A stretch of DNA of 63,946 nucleotides, filler included, from Olpidium bornovanus S191 (Eukaryota; Fungi; Olpidiomycota), in the NCBI GenBank assembly GCA_017911155.1. It is 31 parts of 31 records of this genome, joined end to end, with 100 filler letters (N's around TTAATTAATTAA, not from the genome) between each part and the next. Parts side by side here need not be neighbours in the genome. Positions count along the whole stretch, not along the records: positions 58,769 to 60,496 come from JAEFCI010000355.1; positions 60,597 to 62,563 come from JAEFCI010006087.1; positions 62,664 to 63,946 come from JAEFCI010008104.1; 28 more parts are not named here. One strand, given 5' to 3'. The notes beneath the pieces are model-generated. The model was not told the DNA's origin. It saw only the letters and a program-made list of their open reading frames with translations, and did not search any database. Shown here in pieces: positions 60,482 through 63,946 of the stretch; within the stretch, counting starts at the first letter, position 1, and every line of letters begins with the position of its first letter. A program made the translations under genes and the position numbers.

Positions 60482-61269
60482 CTGGAGATTGATGGCNNNN
60501 NNNNNNNNNNNNNNNNNNNNNNNNNNNNNNNNNNNNNNNNTTAATTAATTAANNNNNNNNNNNNNNNNNNNNNNNNNNNNNNNNNNNNNNNNNNNNGCGC
60601 GTGCCACCAGCGTGAAGCTCAAGGAATATTTTTAGGATGATGTGTGTGACGATACTTATCTGAGTGGCTAGAATGTTTACATGTCACCATCTAAACAACA
60701 GTTTGAATCCCAGCTGCCTTTTCGCACTTTTTGCATCGAGCCACATGCACCACATGCACAGCCACAATGTTTATTATCATCGAAACTATCATCCCTGCCT
60801 CACGTCGTCGTTTCATTGTCGTTCCATTGTCCCTCCCTAACTAGTACATTTTTTGGTCTCATTAGGAAGTCCTCGGCACCTTCGAGGCCGTGCAAGTGAT
60901 GACCTGACTCACTCGCGTGGGCGCAATCCTTTTTGACGCCGGGCTGGCGGGGGAGCTCGCCGCTGCGGCAGGTGACGTGGTGGTGGTGGAAGGAGCCGCG
61001 CGAGGGAACCAGACTCATCAGCGTAGGCACAGTCCTCTTCTGCTTGGGCTTTGGAGCCGAAGCCGGGCCGGTGCAGCCGATTGAGCCGGTGGAGCCGGTG
61101 GAGCCGGGCCGGGCCGGGAGCGTGTGCGTGTCACATGGTAATTTCCAGGGGGAGAGCACGGGCCGGCCACACCGGCCACACCGCCACGCCGGCCACCGTG
61201 CATCCGTCAACACACTCTTGTGTGTGCGCGCCTGCAACACCTCCCATTTTCCGAAACGGAAAGTTTTGA

Positions 61270-61740
61270 AGAGAGGTTGTCCCGGAAAATCGCGACGCAA
61301 AAGATATCGCGTGGAGCTTGGGTGGAAAAGGTGTGGCGGGAAAAGGTGTGCCGGGAAATCGTGACGCGGAAACGTGTGTCGGAAAAAGTGTGTCGGAAAA
61401 AAGTGTGTCGGAAAAAGTGTCGGGAAAGGTTTGTCGGGAAAAGGGGGTTGGGGAAAGTGTGTCGCAAAAAGTGTGTCGGGAAAAGTTGTGTCGGAAAAAG
61501 TGTGTTTGTGTCATCGAAAGTTGCATCGACAAAAGTTTTGTCGGGAAAAGTGTGTTGCGCGAAAATTTGTGCGCACACGCAAAATTTGGCGAGAAAGCCG
61601 TGACGGAAGCCTCATTGTACCGGCAAAAGTTGTGTGCGCAAGTTTTGGCAAGAAAGCTGTGATGGAAGCCTTGTTGTGTCGGCAAAGGTTATGTCACGAA
61701 AAGTGCATCGCGTGAAAAGTTGCATGCAAAAGTTTTGGCT
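61270..61740. repeat. Degenerate ~12-bp minisatellite (GTGTCGGAAAAA-like)
   Basis: Dozens of diverged units, lacking stop codons in most frames. Confidence 0.85.
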
Positions 61741-62249
61741 GGAAAGCCGTGATGGAATCCGCGCGGCAGATATGTGCACAGGTGCAGATATCGGTGCAGA
61801 TATGTGCACCGGCTTTGGCTGTCATGCGATATCTTCTGGTGATGTCACGTTGGTGACTACCGATATATCAACGAGATATCTGGGGGGTTTGGCTGTGTAG
61901 TGCGGAAGTCGAAAATTTTTACCCTTTTTCAAAAATATTTGTGGCGTGACAGGTTGACCGAAAGAGAGCACTCCGGAACGCCCGCGCGCCCATCGGACGT
62001 TCCCGTCATGGTGGGGCAGCGCGAAGGGTGGCTCCGGCGATAGAAGGTTAACGAGATGCCGTGATGAAAGAGCGGCTGGCAGCGCGCCTGTGCCGGTCCC
62101 TCTTCCCAGGGTTGAGTGGCAGTCAATCGCTACTAAATGGCGGATGTGAATGGATCGGGAAACGCGTGACGAACGACGCACGCAGAGAGCCCGCGCCCGC
62201 GCGCACCGTGGTCCCGTAACTAACATGACTAAACGGCGCGCCCTGTCGA

Positions 62250-62520
62250 GTTACGTCCGGTTTCTCGTTTTTCTCTGTTTTCTTTTTTTTCTTTTGGTTT
62301 GTTTTTCTCTTTTTTTCAAGTTTTTCTTTTTTTCCTTTTCTTTTTTTTTTTCTTTTTTTCCTATTTTCGTTTTTTCCTATTTTCTTTTTTTTCGTTCGAT
62401 TTCTTTTTGGGTTTCTGTTCTTCTTTTCTTTTTTTGTTTTTGTTTTCTTTTTTTTCTTGTTTTTCTCTTTTTCTCCCTTCTCTTTTTCCTTTTTTTTCTT
62501 CTTTTTTTCATTTTCTTTGA
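62250..62520. repeat. T-rich low-complexity tract
   Basis: Seen directly. Confidence 0.9.
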
Positions 62521-63232
62521 AATATTCCAACGTGAATTCCCCCCCCAGGGGAGTTCACGGTAANNNNNNNNNNNNNNNNNNNNNNNNNNNNNNNNNNNNN
62601 NNNNNNNTTAATTAATTAANNNNNNNNNNNNNNNNNNNNNNNNNNNNNNNNNNNNNNNNNNNNCACCGAGGAGGAGTCCGAGGCGTAGTCGTTGGGCGCG
62701 GCAAGGGCGGCGTGGCGGCCGGGGAGGACGACGACGACGGCCAAGGCGACGGCGGCAGCGGCGGCGAGCCGGGCGGCGCGGGGGGACGTCATTGCAAGCG
62801 TGGGGTGGCGCGGCGTTCAGGCGCGGCGGCGGTGTGTGACGTCGGGCGGACAGGAGACGAGACACAGGGGATCGACCGGGTTGGGTTCGAAGCGCGCGAG
62901 GGAGGAACGCCGCACGGGGAGGGAAAAGAATGAAGGCTGCCCCGCCTTTTGTACGCGTTACTTTCTGCTGCCTTTCGTCCGGAAAGGGGGAGGGGGGTGG
63001 GGGGGTCGAGGCGGGTGCGCCCCCCTCGGACTTTTCCCCCCCAACTCCGGTTTCAGAATCCCCCCCGCGGACTACTTCCCCCCCCCCCGCTTTCCCCTCC
63101 CTCCGGTTTCAGAATCCGCGTGCTCTCCCGCCGCATCGCTTCCGGTTTCAGAATCCCAAAAACTCGGGCGGGAGGAGGAAAGGGAGAGGGAGCGTTGGGT
63201 GGAACACCGCACGTGCTGCCCCATCTTCTCCC

Positions 63233-63307
<75 letters not shown>

Positions 63308-63385
63308 GAAACCCCCCCCCCCCCCCCCAGCCCGTGTCCCCGTTTTCCGCTCAATTGATCCCCAATTTCTGTCGCACGGGCCGTA

Positions 63386-63421
<36 letters not shown>

Positions 63422-63493
63422 TCCCCCTCACCCCCTTCCCCTTGCTCTCTCACCCCATTCCCTTCCATTCCCTCGCGCATCTGTTTCCCCCCA

Positions 63494-63886
63494 GGGCATC
63501 CTTTCCCTTTTGAGGAAGCTGCGGCGGACGGAACGCGAGATCAGGATCCTCCTCCTGGGGCTCGACAATGCGGGAAAAACGAGCATACTGAAGCGGCTCA
63601 CGTCCGAGGAGATTACGGAGGTGAAACCGACGCAGGGGTTCAACGTGAAAAGCCTGCAGCAGGATGGGTTCAAAATGAACGTGTGGGACATCGGCGGTGG
63701 GTTCTCGCGCTACGTAGATAGAGGGAAATTTTTTTTTGTACTTTGTGCCTTGGCACAGGATGAATATCTCCTACCACCGCCACCGCCTGACTTTTTCTCG
63801 CCGGTTTGCTTTTTTATTAATTTTTTTAAGGTCAAAAGACGATCCGTCCGTACTGGAAGCATTATTTTGACAACACGGACGTTCTC
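63494..63886 (+). CDS. ARL3: ADP-ribosylation factor-like 3 (ciliary small GTPase); exons 63494-63696, 63831-63886; ATG exon not found
   Basis: [62 protein letters not shown]|[19 protein letters not shown]. Confidence 0.9.
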
Positions 63887-63946
63887 GTACGCAAAACCTT
63901 TTTTCATTTTTTTTTCCGACCGCGGGCGGAGAGATTCCGCATCCCC

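Noticed and set aside
60603-60667. C/D box snoRNA (GCCAC...ATGATG...CTGA GTGGC)
   Set aside because: Poor C box, a central mismatch in the best 18S guide match, and the 5' part reads as a protein C-terminus (ATSVKLKEYF*).

Overview
This window is eukaryotic DNA and is not one locus. It is 31 short contigs (about 0.9-3.7 kb) joined by 30 artificial 100-bp linkers (44 N + TTAATTAATTAA + 44 N), so adjacency across a linker has no biological meaning. The genes are GC-rich, intron-dense and fungal-type, and include flagellar genes (RSPH3, ARL3). This points to a zoosporic, early-diverging fungus (inference; an Olpidium/chytrid-like organism is plausible). Recognisable, mostly partial genes are asparagine synthetase, eL33, a TBC Rab-GAP, RSPH3, LMBRD2, an R3H (Sqs1-like) protein, AP-1 mu, PRP43, tRNA-Asp(GTC), eL41, ELMO, a BTB/KCTD protein, RAD16, an XLF-like protein, a TM-SH3 receptor-like protein, ALDH8A1, a WNK kinase, SPF27, LRO1/PDAT, a GDP-fucose transporter-like protein, uS10 and ARL3. 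There are also decayed copia and gypsy pieces, an LTR family and several minisatellites. I found no CRISPR array and no multi-gene novel system. The best leads are two gag-like ORFs sharing a C-x5-C-x4-C-x3-H finger, frequent AAG/GAG 3' splice sites, a Cys-rich receptor ectodomain, a WNK with an altered DLG motif, an easily missed eL41 gene, and many contig ends falling exactly on CATG. All gene identifications are from recalled family motifs; no database search was run.
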